A stretch of DNA of 64,000 nt from Malacoraja senta (Eukaryota), in the NCBI GenBank assembly GCA_038087875.1, contig JAXLNO010000264.1, positions 1 to 64,000 on the forward strand, read 5' to 3'. Made by a program: the position numbers and the translations under genes. Below, in pieces: positions 25,176-40,200 of this stretch. Positions within the stretch are counted from its first letter, which is position 1. Every line of letters starts with the position of its first letter. Below the pieces are notes generated by a model. The model did not search any database. It was given only the letters and a program-made list of their open reading frames with translations, and had not been told where the DNA came from.

Positions 25176-26180
25176 ACAAAATGCTGGTGTAACTCAGCAG
25201 GTCAGGCAGCATGTGTGGAGGACAAATGTTGGAGGAAATGAAGTGCTGGAGGATCTATGGAGGACAAGTGCTGGAGGAACTCAGAACGCTTGTGTAACTC
25301 AGTTGAGTAGATGACCTGAAGAAAGTCAATAGTACAACTTTTCAATATCTCTGTTGAGGTACTCAGCTGAGTTACACTGGCACTTTGAATTCCTCCAACA
25401 TTTTGTTTTTGCTCAATATGCCAGCATCTGCACTCTCTTGTGTCTCTGGTCTAATCTTTATAAATAAATGTCTTTGCAAGTGAGCCCTAAGGGGTGTAGG
25501 CTTCCCAAACCATCTATTTATCATTTGGAAGAACTACATAGGATACCTTTTATCTTTGATCTGAATCTGAGCAGTTACTAAGAGGATACTTTATGAGGAA
25601 AACAGAAATGTGGAATCATCTATTCAGGTCATCCATTTTCTTTCTGATCAGATCCAGGTTCTCTTTGTGTGATTGAGTTTATGCACCCTGGTGACTATCT
25701 CATGCAATATTTGCTGTCACACAAACGACAACTTTTGTACAGTGTTCCAGATGCATCATCAGAGTGGGCTTGGTGTGAACATAGATTCCATCAAGCACAT
25801 TTTCCACCCCAGCCTCTTACTTGTCCACTAAGTGGGAAATTAAGTTATGTACGTGGCTGCTTTTAACATTGTTCCTTAGCTGTTTACTGAGTGCAACAAA
25901 CTCTGCGGGTCAGATCTCACGAACTATAAAACTTCATATTCAGGCCAATAAATTGCCTGGGGAGCCTAATCTCTAAAATTTACCAAAAACAATCAAAAAT
26001 ATGCTGTGGATCATGTGCAGTCAGATGGAATTATTTTATCTTTGCTAAAGACCTTGTGGATCGAAGGGCCTACTTTACTTTTCTATGTTCTCTATATGCC
26101 TTGTTTCAATTACCAGTTGATTAATTCGCCTAATTTTATGTCATCACTGCAGTGAAAAGCAAATCCATTCTGTTTTACAG

Positions 26181-26293
26181 AAAATGAAAGGCCCAGAAGT
26201 AGTTAGTTTCATTGAGGACGGAGGTCGCTTGGATTGTCCTGCTGAATGTCCAGATGAAATGTATGTTCTTATGAAGGAGTGCTGGACTTACAA
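26181..26293 (+). CDS. ZAP70: ZAP70 exon (kinase subdomains X-XI)
   Basis: ttttacag|AAA...TACAA|gtaag; [37 protein letters not shown](K). Confidence 0.96.
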
Positions 26294-28682
26294 GTAAGTT
26301 CAAACTGGTTTACATAAATGCAAACTCACAGCATTAAATGGTTAATGGATTATCAAATATTTGAATCTCCATGTCTGGTATTCAGCTTTTAATCAGCACA
26401 ATACTATATCTGAGCTCTGACTTTAAATGGGATTTAAAATCCAACATATTTGCACTCTGTTGATTGGGATATGTCAGGATACTACCATGATTTTACTAGG
26501 CAAAGATGTCAGCAACACTATGTTTGGCGCAGATACTACATATTTTACAAATACATTTGCCCAGCGAAGTCACGTGTTATTCATGCTGTTCTCATGAAAC
26601 TAATACTCCACTCTTTATGTCAACAAACAAACCCAGAGATTCCAATCTCTTCTCTTCATCTGATATCACATTGGAGGCTTGATGGCATCAGCAGACATTT
26701 TAAGCAGTAATGTTTCTTTTTTTTTTTCAGAAGCTTGATTTAATTTTGAACATGATTAGATTCATATTCAAAATAAGACCGGGTAAAATGTGAAAAGGCT
26801 GTTGATTTGGTATGAACAGTTTACTACATCATTCAGATATTTTTCAGAACCTGATTTACCTTTTATTTTTTTCATATTGACATCTGCAACAAGCAACTAA
26901 TTCTGCTCTCACATACACGATCACACTTAGACTTTTTCAATATTTAGCATGTCCTGAAGGTGTTAGAAAATGTGTGACAGTAGGATGCGTTTCAGTGGAG
27001 GGTACCTTATCACTGATGCATGGCTAAATGTACACAGTGCACTCAAGAATCGTATGCAGTATTGGTCTTGTCAATAACTATATCTTAGAATTATTTTTAG
27101 TAGTGGTCTGTGGTAGCTAAGCCTGTAATACTTATAATGTTTTCACATGATAGTTCCGGAAAAACATTTTAAAATTTATTTTCAAGTTTCTAACCAAATG
27201 CTCTTAATTATAAAATATTCTTGTATGTATCTTCATCTATACAAAATATCAATTTGAAATTTTCTTGGAATCTATTGAACTAGCAATGCCTTTATTCCCT
27301 GTTCACTGAAGAGAAGACAAGAGTTTTTAATAGCTGGAATTACTTGAAATATTTGGCTATTCATAGCAATCACAAAATATTGAAAATCATTAAGTGGATA
27401 GCAGTTGCTATAATTTTCCATCATGATTGCATATTTTGTTATAATCCCTGAACAATAAAGTATGGATAGTACAGGGGAGGACTTTTTATTCAGCAAGAGA
27501 GCCTTACATGCACCCTTATATAACCCACATTGCGGATTATTATCTTTGATTGCAGTTCTTGTTAAGAGCCACTGCTTTTGGGTATCTACATTGATATTTT
27601 CAGGCACCATTTCTAGTGTGCTGCATAGCTAGCCACAGTAAAAAGATTAATCACAAAAGTGGATTCTTATCTGCAGTGGTTTAACAGACTATTCCAAAAA
27701 GTACTCTGGTTAACTTTATGAACCCTGTAGAAATATGTGCACAGAAATTATAATTTTATTCTTTCTAATTACCAGTTATTGTACAATTGGTCCAAATAAA
27801 ATGGTTCAATTTGTATTAAGTAGTAGTCATTATTCAAAGTACAAGGAGCGTTTGATCTCCGATGGAAATAAGTGATTGACAGCTAAAACACTTGAAAATA
27901 ATGCACAGCAAACTGGGATTTATATTTATGCCAGAATCATAGAATCTCATGCCACTATGATAGGCCCAAAATTTACTGCCGCCTCAGCAGCATTTACAGA
28001 CACAAAGGCCTTGTAGTTGTTGAAGTGTTTACATAAATAATAAAGAGGAATAGCATAAACTCGCAGAATAACTAGTATTTTTTGTCGATGCAATGATTAC
28101 CTGTATAAGTAAAATGGCAAACGTGGATTAGTTCTGTAATGAGTAATGGGTTGGGTGTGTTGGCCATTGCCCCCACTGCTCATTCCACCTGATCTGGACG
28201 CTGACGGCTCCAGGTAACCAGACTCCACAACTTGGTCTGGGTAGTGGTGGAGTCTCCAGAGGCACAGCGAGGAAATCCTTCCCCAAATGCTTCTGAATGT
28301 TTTGATAGCTGGCAATCAAATTCCTGGATAGGATAACATTTAGTCTGTTAAAAATTGGGGCAAATAATATAAAAGTTTAAAAACTATTAACATTTTAAGA
28401 AGAAATTAACAACACCTATGAACACCTATGAACACATAATTGAGAACTTTAACCTGAGCAAAACAATTTGAAAGAAATAACATCATCGCCGTTACTTTCT
28501 AATATGCATTCTCTATTAAAGTTGAAGGAATCTTATGCTTTGCACAGTAAGACTAGGATCCAATAGGTCAATCCCAGTGCAATGCTGGAGAACTTCAGAG
28601 GACTGCTCTTCACCACCCCTCATCACGAGGACAATGGCAAAGTGAACTGATAGGTTCAGTATTCTCATTCTGCAACATTTAA

Positions 28683-28797
28683 CATAGAAACATAGAAACA
28701 TAGAAAATAGGTGCAGGAGTAGGCCATTCGGCCCTTCGAGCCTGCACCGCCATTCAATATGATCATGGCTGATCATCCAACAAAGCATCCTGTACCT
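28683..28797 (-). mobile_element. Young CR1 extreme 3' end
   Basis: (catagaaa)n followed by the same terminal sequence seen at 42850 and 57930. Confidence 0.85.
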
Positions 28798-29179
28798 TAA
28801 CAGCCAATACTCAGAATTTCCTGATTTAAACAGCTAAATACTGGTCACATGAGCCACCAAAATCCAGCACCATCATTTCTCCAGAGAATTCAACAGTAAA
28901 CTACTGTTCCCTTTGCCTGAGAAAAGCTTTGCCAGTTTTCAGATTTGACAACTGTTTCTACCCAGTTACCCTCAGGTAACATGGATTCTGGTTCAGGATT
29001 GGGTCCTTTACATTTAAAACACGTTCAATGCCTGATTTGGTTGGTAGTTTTGACCGCCGTAAATTGATCCTCGTGTTTAGATGGGTGGTAGAATCTGAAG
29101 AGATTTGACTGGAATGTGGGGAGAACAAGATAGGATTAGTGTACAGGATACTTGATGGCAGGCAAGGACTCAGTGAGGT

Positions 29180-30240
29180 CATGCACTTTGGTGGCAGAAA
29201 TCCAAAGGTGATCATTACCAGCTGGAGAGAGGGATCTCGGTGGCTTAATGCTTGAACCACAAAACATTAGCAGGCAGGTCCACCAAGTCATTAAGAATGC
29301 AAACGGCATCTTGGGCTTCATTGAAACAGGAGTTGGAGTTAAAATAAAGTAGGTTCCGTTCCAGTTATACAGGGTGTTGTATACCTCACCCGTTGAGTTT
29401 CTCCAGCATTTTTGTCTACCTTCGACTTTTCCAGCATCTGCTGTTCTTTCTTAAACAAGGTGTTGGTAATGTCACACATGGAACACTGCACACAGTTTTG
29501 GTTCCTTTACATAAAAAACAATGTAGTGGCATTGGAGGCAGTCCAAAGGAGATACACCAGGATACTTCCTGGGATGAGAGGCATGTCCTATGAAGAAAAG
29601 CTTGATAGTTTGGATCTATATTCCTTCGTGTTCAGGAAAATGTGGGGTGATCTTATGCAACATATAACATTCCAAAGGGGCTTGACAGGGTGGGTTCTGA
29701 GACGTTTTCACTCAGTGAGTCATGAACAAGATAAAGAATAAGTGATCAGTCATTTAAAATCTGAAATTTCTTCTCAGAGGGTAGAGAATCTCTGAAGTGC
29801 TCTTCTCCTGGGAGAGATGGAGACCAGATATAATGTGAAGATGGATTAATTTCTTAAAGATAGAGGAATTGAAGGTTTTGGGAAACAGGCATGGAAGAGG
29901 AGTTGAGGCCAGTGAAGACAGCCATGATAATGTTGAAAGCGCAAGCTTGAGGCATCTGGTGGTGTGTTTCTCCAGCAGTTTGTGTCCTCACAATATTGCA
30001 AATGTGGTCTAATCAGAACCTTATAAAGCCTCAACATTACATCCATGCCTTTATATTCTAGTCCTCTCAAAATGAAACCTAACATTGAATTTGCCTTTCT
30101 TACTACTGACCCAACCTGCAAATTAACTTTTTGGGAATTCTGCACAAGCACTCCCAAGTCCCTTTGCACTTCCGATATCTGAATCCTCTCCTCAGTTATC
30201 TTCCATTCCCATAATGCAGCCTGGTCCCAACTCCCCTTCC
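29180..30240. mobile_element. Old CR1 fragments (+ strand 29180-29960, - strand 29990-30240) with a small Penelope-type insert at about 29380-29455
   Basis: HCTQFW..ALEAVQRRYTRILPGM on +; VQRDLGVLV..LYKVLIRPHLQYC on -; the insert is flanked by aca(g/a)ggtgttg. Confidence 0.7.
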
Positions 30241-30756
30241 CTTTGATTCCACTCTCCACAATGGTGAGGTGCGCAGAGGGAAAAAAATAGGTGAGTTAAA
30301 TTATGCAGAGACCATTTTTAATGCACACATTGTCATGTACTTTATTTATGATAGAATCACTCTTGGGCAGGCCAAACTCAATGTGAATTTTCAGATGTTT
30401 CTAGGCCCAACACACTTTCTGTAATACACTGTAAAATGTTTAAACTATGACATTAAAAAATATGCTTCTTCCATACTACCCTGGTATCTGCAAACACTTC
30501 AGTGTGGTTGTCTGTCAGCAACATCGATAACATCATTCTTGCAGTTCACCAGGAACATGGATGCATTGGCGCCTGATAGCAACTGACATCAATTGGCCCA
30601 AGTCTTTCAGTTTATCTGTTTTGACTCACTTGTGAATGTTCTGCTGACTACAAGATCATTATCTCATTCAAGATAATGAGGGCTGTGAACCATTTTAATT
30701 CCCCTTCCCAGCCTCCTCCACAAACTGAGTGAGGTCATTCCCAAACATGAAGAACA

Positions 30757-31076
30757 GCATGGTGGCGCAGCGGTAGAGTTGCTGCCTTACAGTGAATGCA
30801 GCGCCGGAGACATGGGTTTGATCCCGACAACGGGTGCTGTCCGTACAGAGTTTGTACGTTCTCCCCGTGACCTGCGAGGGTTTTCACCAAGTTCTTCGGT
30901 TTCCTCCCACACTCCAAAGACGTACATGTTTGTAGGTTAATTAGCTTGGTAAATGCAAAAATTGTCCCTAGTGGGTGTAGGATAGTGTTAATATGCGGGG
31001 ATCGCTGGTCGGCATGGACCCGGTGGGCTGATGGGCCTGTTCCCGCTCTGTACCTCTAAACTAAACTAAACTAAAC
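30757..31076 (+). mobile_element. tRNA-derived SINE (V-SINE/HE1-like)
   Basis: A box GGTGGCGCAGCGG, B box GGTTTGATCCC, central ggtttcctcccacactccaaagac core, (CTAAA)n tail. Related copies at about 31310-31510 (-) and 44795-45075 (+). Confidence 0.8.
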
Positions 31077-32198
31077 CTCAGATTCTGCTTGGGTAGCCAA
31101 CAGCTCAATGGCATGAACATTGATTGATCAAGTCAAGTCAAGTCAAGAGAGTTTATTGTCATGTGTCCCAGATAGGACAATGAAATTCTTGCTTGCTGCA
31201 GCACAAAAGAATATAGTAAGCATAAATACAGATCAGTTCAGTGTGTCTATATAGCAAATACCATAAATATACACATAAATATATATGATTGATTGATTGA
31301 AAGATGCAACAAGGAAACAGGCCCTTCGGCCCATACGCTGACCATCGACCTATTCACGCTTCTATGTTATCCCACTTTTGCATCCACTGCCTATGCACTA
31401 GGAGCAATTTACAAAGGCCAATTAACCTACAAGCCTGCTTGTCCTTTTTGGGATGTGGGAGGAAACCGGAGCAGACTCCACATAGACAGCATCTGGGGTC
31501 AGGATCGAATGTCGGGGTCAGCACAGTGGTGCTTCTAGATCTGATGCCTGCAGCGCCAGAGACCATGTGCAAGCAGGTGGTCAGATTAATTTAGATTGAT
31601 ATCATGTAGAGATATCATGGACTTAAAGCACCTCTTCCTCTGCTGTACACTTCCATGTTCTATGTTCAATTTGATCCTCTGACGTAGTGAAATTAGCCAA
31701 GTGCAATAAAAATACTGTAAAGTCAATTGGTCAGGTATATTTATATTTATAGGTTATCTTCAGTACTAAATCTAAATCTATAGATTTAGAAGGACATGAG
31801 CCAAAGGAAAGCAAGGTGAACTAGATTAGATGGGGGCAACTTGGTTGGCATGGATGAGGTGGGCCTGTATCTGTGCAGTATGAATCCACGACTCTAAGTA
31901 CTTCTTGTAGAGTGGAGCACAAGACTCAAGGCAGGATTTTATTGCAACCAGGCAACGGTTGTTCCCGATTCTTGACAAAAGATCTAGATTGTTGTTTCTG
32001 TTTGGTTTGTGCTCTGCCTTGTGGATCACTCAGTAAAGTGTGGTGCAGTTTTCTTACTGAGCTCGCTGGAGGAACTGAGCGTCACCTTTCATCTTTTAGA
32101 ACTTCTGTGCACAGCTGAAGCAGTATCTGTGTGTAAAACAATGTAGCCATCAAATGAAGGCACATCAATGATCTGTTCCATTGTGTTTACTTTCACAG

Positions 32199-32286
32199 GG
32201 TGGAGAATCGCCCTGGATTTGAGCTGGTTGAGAGCACAATGCGTGACTACCACTATAAAATAACACAGAAGCCAGTACCAGTTTGA
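32199..32286 (+). CDS. ZAP70: ZAP70 terminal coding exon
   Basis: tttcacag|G GTG...; VENRPGFELVESTMRDYHYKITQKPVPV*; TGA at 32284-32286; phase matches the previous exon. Confidence 0.93.
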
Positions 32287-32439
32287 TATCATACTTACGG
32301 TGATGTTATACTGACAAGCATCGGGTTTGATTTGCTTCTTGGCATTTTGCTGCACGTGCAATCTTAGAGTGTTCATGTCGTCAGTAGTTATGGAAGCTTA
32401 ACGAAGCAGGAATTTTATCAATAATGCAATCCGACTTTA

Positions 32440-32460
32440 AATAAAATCATTTACATTAAA
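32440..32460 (+). promoter_or_regulatory. Candidate ZAP70 polyadenylation signals (AATAAA 32440-32445, ATTAAA 32455-32460)
   Basis: About 150 nt after the stop and followed by a T-rich tract; no transcript evidence. Confidence 0.5.
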
Positions 32461-34262
32461 AATTTTTTTTTAACTTTACTCTTGTTATTAAACTGAAATT
32501 AAAATGAGTCTCTGTGGCTTTACTATGACAGTAGTGTAAACATAGGAAGGTACAGTGCAGCAACAGGCCCTTTGGACCATTATGTCTGTTCTAAACATGA
32601 TACCAAGTTAAACTAATCTCCTCTGCCTGCACATGATCCATACCTCTCATTCCATGCATATCCATGTGCCGGTCTACAAACATCAAATTCCACCAACATA
32701 GTGGCTTCTATCACCACCACTACTGTAAGAAGGACCTGCAGATGCTGCGTTACACCGAAGAGAGACCACCACCGCCCCCACCACCCTTGGCAGCACATTC
32801 CTGCCACCCACCACCCATTGTGTAAAACGCTTGCCCTGCACATAGCCTTAAACTTTGCCTCTCTCAGCTTAAAGCAATTCCCTTGTCTTTCATGTTTCCA
32901 ATGGGAAAAGGGTTCACAAGAGTCATCCTAATGTAATTCAGAACAAGTGAAAGTGTGAACATATTGTGCCAGTAAATGTATTTTGCATTGCAGTATTTTA
33001 GTAAACAAGGATGATTCTGTCACATTGCAGATGTTTGATGTATACGATTGAAGTTATAACTGGCTTAGTTACAAATTGTGTGCACATTGTTTGAAGGTGA
33101 AATATTATTTTTCAAGAATATTGTTTGGATCTGTGAAAATAAAGAAGTACCACATTTGATAGAAAATTGTGAATTTGAACTTATGGTTGTCATTCTGGCC
33201 ACAAGGACCCACGGTCCTCCAAGTGGTGCCTCTAAAGGAGGTTGAGACAATGAATAGGGCAGACTAGCTGTTATCATAGAGTGGAAAGCTATGTGTAAGG
33301 AGGAACTGCAGATGCTGGTTTAAACCGAAGATAGACACAAAACGTTGGAGTAACTCAGCGGGACAGACAGCATCTCTGGAGAGAAGGAATGGGTGACGTT
33401 TCGGGTTGAGAGCAATGGATGAAGGAAAATATTTCCTTTTGTCCCTAAATGGCACTACCTAACTTGTCTTTGGGTGGGGGGGGGGGGGGTTAGTTGATTT
33501 AAACTTTAAACTTTTGTTATGTTGTCGGAAAATATTTGTCGCTGTAACTTTTATGTGAATCTTGAACATTTTGACCGAACCAGAGCTGGGAATTCTTCAC
33601 CAAGGTTTCATTGACCAAGTCTTCCCAAATAGTAGAACAAAGATTAACTGAGAGGACTAATTCTAGAGCAGAAAATCAGCCTGAAATCCCCAGGAATTCA
33701 AAGTAAATTGTTTGCGACATCCAAGAATAACTGAATGTAATGTCTTGACACTGGAAACAAAACTGTTACAAAGAAGTCGACAAGAATTTATGTTGTGTCT
33801 TTGGCTACTGTTATGCAAGTATGCATGACTCCATACTGCAATAAGATGACCATCTCCCTTCGTGCCAGTAAGATCATGTTGTCACCTTGGGATCAGAGGG
33901 ACACATGGTTTAGGAGAGCACCAAACTTTGTATTCCCCCGACTCCACGGTGAGATTGATTTTTTTAATTTATTTTTTAAATAAATATTTTATTTATTAGA
34001 AGTAAGTACATTACATTACAGTGGTACCTTTTTACAGGTTCCCCAAATTATGTTAACATTCTTTGTACAACTTCCCTTTTTTTTTTTAGAAAGAGATAAG
34101 AAAGAAAGAAGTAGTAAAGAATAGAGAAAAGTCTAGTGAGTGTGAAGTAAAGAAAATAAATAAGTAGGAAAATGAAGCAGAAAGGAGATTATCACTCGCC
34201 ACAGGTCGATGCTTTTTAATATTCTTGATCATTTTTCGCCCATACCTAAAACTTTTAATTTT

Positions 34263-37200
34263 TACGATACTGTTGCACCACATGAATCCAAGAAGTCAAT
34301 AAATGGAGACCAACTCGTTAAGAATTGGTCTTGTTTGTCTATTAGGAGGAGTCTCATTTCTTCCAGGTGGGCAGTTTCCAACATATTACCAATCTACATT
34401 TTGAGTGTTGGTATAGTAGCATTTTTCCAAAATTTAAGTATAAGTTTTTTTGCTGTTATTAAACCATAATTAAAAAATGAATTTTGGGATATATTTAATT
34501 TGTTCCCATCTCCTATTACTCCAAATATAATAATTTCAGTATTAGGTTCCATTTTTAATCTTAAATAGACTAGTGAATATATCAAATATATCACACCAAA
34601 ATTTATGAAGTTTTGTGCAAGAAACGAAAGAGTGTGTGATATTGACATTTTGAGAAAGACATTTATCACAGATGGGAGAAATATTTGAATAAAATTTATT
34701 CAACCTAATTTTTGAATAATATAATCTATGTAATATTTTAACTTGAATTAAATTGTGTCTAGCGTTAATCGAACATTTATGTATATATATCAAATACCTT
34801 TCCCATGTTTCTTTAGAAATTTTTGTCATTAATTCTTTTTCCCAGTCTTCTCTGTTAAGAATACTATTATATAAATATGATATTAATTTTTGTGAGTCTG
34901 CCTTAATATTCATTGCTTCTTCCAGTGGGTCTATCATTATGCTCTGAAATCTTGGTATATATTTCTTCATAAAGTCACATATCTGTAAATATTTAAAGTA
35001 TTGGTTGTTATTCAGATTAAATTTTGATTTTAATTGTTGAAATGATAATAAATTTCCCATTTCATACATGTCACCCACCTTTTTAATTCCCAATCTTTCC
35101 CATTGTCAATATGTTTTATCCATAAAAGATGGTTTAAATACCGGGTTAATCACTATTGGTGTTAGTGATGATAAGTTTCTTAATTTTAAAGTTAATTTTA
35201 TTTGTTTCCAAATTCGAATTATATTATGTATAATTGGATTCTTCTTATATAATGTATTATTCAATTTTATCGGGGAGAAGAGGATCGCTCCTAAATCGTA
35301 CGGAGAACAATCCTCTTTCTCCATTCTTATCCATTCCATCTGTTGAGAAGGACAATCCAACCAATAAATTATATTCTTAATATGCACTGCCCAATAATAA
35401 TATAAAAAATTAGGCAGTGCAAGTCCCCCTACATCTTTAGGTTTGCACAAATGGTTTCTTTTAATTCTATGTGCTTTATAGTCCCAAATAAAATTAGTAA
35501 TATTAGAGTCTAATTTAAAAAATATATATTTTGTTATATATATTGGTATGGATTGAAATAAGTATATTATTTGTGGTAGAACTATCATTTTTATAGCATT
35601 TATTCTGCCAATTAATGATAATGGGAGCGTTTTCCAAAATTTAATCAGAGCATTCAATGTATTTAATAAAGGAGTAAAATTAGCATTAAATAATGATTTA
35701 TATCTTCTAGTAACTTGAATACCCAAATACTTAAATTTTTCCGTTGCAATTTTAAATGGAAATTTTAATAAGTGATTTGCTTTCTGCGGCTTTAGTGACA
35801 TAATTTCACTTTTATTCCAATTTATTCTATATCTAGAAAAAGAACCAAATTCCTCTATTAAGTTTAGTAAATTCAGGATACTCGTTTGTGAATTTCTAAT
35901 ATATAAAAGTATATCATCCGCATATAATGAAATTTTGTTATTAGAGTCCTTAGTATTATAACCCTGAATATTCGGATGTATTCTTATCCTTTCAGCCAAA
36001 GGCTCTATCATAAAGGCAAATAGCAGGGGTGATAAAACACATCCCTGCCTATTGCCCCGTGATAACTGGAATTTTGGAGATAACATATTATTAGTTAATA
36101 TTCTTGCCATCGGTTTATCATATAGTAATTTTACCCATCTAATAAAATTATCTCCCATATTAAATTTTTGGAGTACTATGTATAAATACTGCCACTCTAC
36201 CTGATCAAATGCTTTCTCTGCATCCAAAGATATAACTGATAAATCTTCCTTTTCCATTTTATGTGAATACATTATATTAAAAAGTTGTCTCAAATTATTA
36301 GATGATTGTCTTTTAGGTATAAACCCCGTTTGATCCGGATTTATCAATTTATTAATATATTTACTCAATTTTCTTGCTAAAGTCTTTGCTAAAATTTTCT
36401 GATCTGTATTTAAAAGTGATAGGGCTCTGTACGAGCCCGGGTCTTCTAAATCTTTATCTTTTTTTGGTATAAGCGTAATTGTAGATTCTGCTAATGTTTC
36501 TGGTAATTTCTTTTCAGTAAAAGCATACGTGTATAATTTAAGTAATCGTGGGACCATTAACTCCTGAAATCTTTTATAAAATTCATTATTAAAACTGTCT
36601 GGCCCTGGTGTCTTCCCATTTTTCAGTTCTTTTATTGTTTCTCTTATTTCTTCACTTGTGATCTGAGCTCCTAATTCCTCTTGTTCTAAGATATCCAATT
36701 TTGGCAAATTACAATTATAACCATATAACCATATAACCATTACGGCACGGAAACAGGCCATCTCGGCCCTTCAAGTCCGTGCCGAACATTTTAATTTTTT
36801 TATTAAAAAAATATTTAAAAACTTCCCCCTAGTCCCATCTACCTGCACTCAGACCATAACCCTCCATTCCTTTCCCGTTCATATACCCATCCAATCTATT
36901 TTTAAAGGATAAAATCGAACCAGCCTCTACCACTTCCACTGGAAGCTCATTCCACACAGCTACCACTCTCTGAGTAAAGAAGTTCCCCCTAATGTTACCC
37001 CTAAACTCTGTCCCTTAATTCTCAAGTCATGTCCCCTTGTTTGAATCTTCCCTACTCTCAATGGAAAAAGCTTATCCACGTCAACTCTGTCTAACCCGCT
37101 CATAATTTTAAAGACCTCTATCAAGTCCCCTCTTAACCTTTTGCGCTCCAAAGAATAAAGACCTAACTTGTTCAACCTTTCTCTGTAACTTAGTTGCTGA

Positions 37201-40200
37201 AACCCAGGCAACATTCTAGTAAATCTCCTCTGTACTCTCTCTATTTTGTTGACATCCTTCCTATAATTAGGCGACCAAAATTGTACTCCATACTCCAGAA
37301 TTGGCCTCACCAATGCCTTGTACAATTTTAACATTACATCCCAACTTCTATATTCAATGCTCTGATTTATAAAGGCCAGCACACCAAAAGCTTTCTTTAC
37401 CACCCTATCTACATGAGATTCCACCTTCAGGGAACTATGCACAGTTATTCCTAGATCCCTCTGTTCAACTGCATTCCTCAATTCTCTACCATTTACCATG
37501 TACGTCCTATTTTGATTTGTCCTGCCGAGATGTAGTACCTCACATTTATCAGCATTAAACTCCATCTGCCATCTTTTAGCCCACTCTTCCAAATGGCCTA
37601 AATCTCTCTGTAGACTTTGAAAATCTACTTCATTATCCACCACACCACCTATCTTAGTATCATCTGCATACTTACTAATCCAATTTTCCACACCATCATC
37701 CAGATCATTGATGTACATGACAAACAACAGTGGACCCAACACAGACCCCTGAGGCACCCCACTAGTCACCGGCCTCCAACCTGACAAACAGCCATCCACC
37801 ATTACTCTCTGGCATCTCCCATTCAGCCACTGTTGAGTCCATCTTGCTACTCCACCATTAATACCCAACAATTTAATCTTCTTAACCAACCTTCCATGAG
37901 GAACCTTGTCAAAGTCCTTACTGAAGTCCATATAGACAACATCCACTGCTTTACCCTCATCAATTTCCCTAGTAACCTCTTCAAAAAATTCCAGAAGATT
38001 AGTCAAACATGACCTTCCAGGCACAAATCCATGTTGACTGTTCCTAATCAGACCCTGCTTATCCAGATGCTTATATATATTATCTCTAAGTATCCTTTGC
38101 ATTAATTTGCCCACAATTGACGTCAAACTAACAGGTCTATAATTGCTAGGTTTACTCTTGGAACCCTTTTTAAACAACGGAACAACATGCGCAGTACGCC
38201 AATCCTCCGGCACTATTCCCGTTTCTAATGACATTCGAAATATTTCTGTCATAGCCCCTGCTATTTCTACACTAACTTCCCTCAATGTCCTCGGGAATAT
38301 CCTGTCAGGACCTGGAGACTTATCCGTTTTCATATTTTGCAAAAGTGTCCGCACCTCCTCTTCTTTGAATCTCATAGTTTCCATTGCTACTCGGCTTGTT
38401 TCCCTTACCTCACATAATTCCATATCCTTCTCCTTGGTGAATACCGAAGAAAAGAAATTGTTCAATATCTCCCCCATCTCTTTTGGCTATGCAGATAGCT
38501 GTCCACTCTGACTCTCTAATGGACCAATTTTATTCCTTGTTATCCTTTTGCTATTAATATAGCTGTAGAAACCCTTTGGATTTACTTTCACCTTACTTGC
38601 CAAAGCAACCTCATATCTTCTTTTAGCTTTTCTAATTTCTTTCTTAATATTCTTTTTACATTCTTTATACTCCTCAAGCACCTCATTTACTCCATGCTGC
38701 CTATAATTATTGTAGATCTCTCTCTTTTTCCGAACCAAGTGTCCAATTTCCCTTGAAAACCATGGCTCTTTCCAATTTTTACTATTTCCTTTCAACTGAA
38801 CAGGGACATAACGATTCTGTACTCTTAAAATTTCACCTTTAAATGTCCTCCATTTCTCTTCTACATCCTTCCCATGAAACAACATGTCCCAATTCACTCC
38901 TTTTAAATCCTTTCGCATCTCCTCAAAGTTAGCCTTTCTCCAATCAAAAATCTCAACCCTAGGCCCAGTTCTGACCCTCTCCATAATTATATTGAAACTA
39001 ATGGTATTGTGATCACTGGACCCGAAGTGCTCCCCGACGCTTACCTCCGCCACCTGCCCTGTCTCATTTCCTAACAGGAGGTCCAGCACTGCCCCTTCTC
39101 TAGTAGGTACCCCTATGTATTGCTGCAAAAAACTATCCTGCACACATTTTACAAACTCCAAACCATCCAGCCCTTTTACAGAATGTGTTTCCCAGTCTAT
39201 GTGTGGAAAATTGAAATCTCCCACAATCACTACCTTGTGCTTACTACTAATATCTGCTATCTCCTTACATATTTGCTCTTCCAATTCTCGCTCCCCATTT
39301 GGCGGTCTATAATACACCCCTATAAGTGTTGCTACACCTTTCCCATTTCTCAACTCCACCCAAATAGCCTCCCTAGACGAGCCCTCTAATCTATCCTGCC
39401 AAAGCACTGCTGTAATATCTTCCTTGACAAGCAATGCAACACCCCCACCTCTTGCCCCTCCAATTCTATCACCCCTGAAGCAACGAAATCCTGGAATATT
39501 TAGTTTCCAATCACAGCCCTCCTGCAACCATGTTTCACTGATCGCAACAACATCATACTTCCAGGTGTCAATCCAGACTCTAAGCTCATCCACCTTTCTT
39601 ACAATGCTCCTAGCATTAAAATAAACACATTTAAGAAACCCACCACCACTTATTCTCTGTTTATTAACTTTTTCTTCTTTCTCCCCTACATTTTGGGTCC
39701 GAGTGCTTCCGTTCTCTGCCTCCTGCCTCCCACATTTTCTACTATCTTTCTCTATTTGAGTCCCTCCCCCCAACTGTTCTAGTTTAAACTCTCCCCAGTA
39801 GCCTTTGCAAATCTCCCCGCCAGGATATTGGTTCCCCTCGGGTTCAAGTGCAACCCGTCCTTTCTGTACAAGTCACACCTTCCCCAAAAGAGGTCCCAAT
39901 GATCCAGAAATTTGAATCCCTGCCCGCTGCACCAGTTCCTCAGCCACGCATTTATCCTCCACCTCATTTCATTCCTACTCTCACTGTCGTGTGGCACTGG
40001 TAGTAATCCTGAGGTTGTTACCTTTGCGGACCTTCTCCTTAACTCTCCTCCCAACTCCCTAAATTCTCCTTTCAGGACCTCTTCTCTTTTTCTGCCTATG
40101 TTATTGGTACCTATATGTACCACAACCTCAGGCTCCTCTCCCTCCAATTTCAGGATATCTTGGACGCGTTCAGACACATCCCTGACCCTGGCACCAGGGA

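Noticed and set aside
30757..30830. tRNA gene
   Set aside because: The A/B boxes belong to a SINE head; there is no full cloverleaf, and a SINE body and tail follow.
35106..36761. 551-aa ORF as a stand-alone RT gene
   Set aside because: It is a fragment of L1 ORF2, and its start lies in the tail of the inserted CR1.
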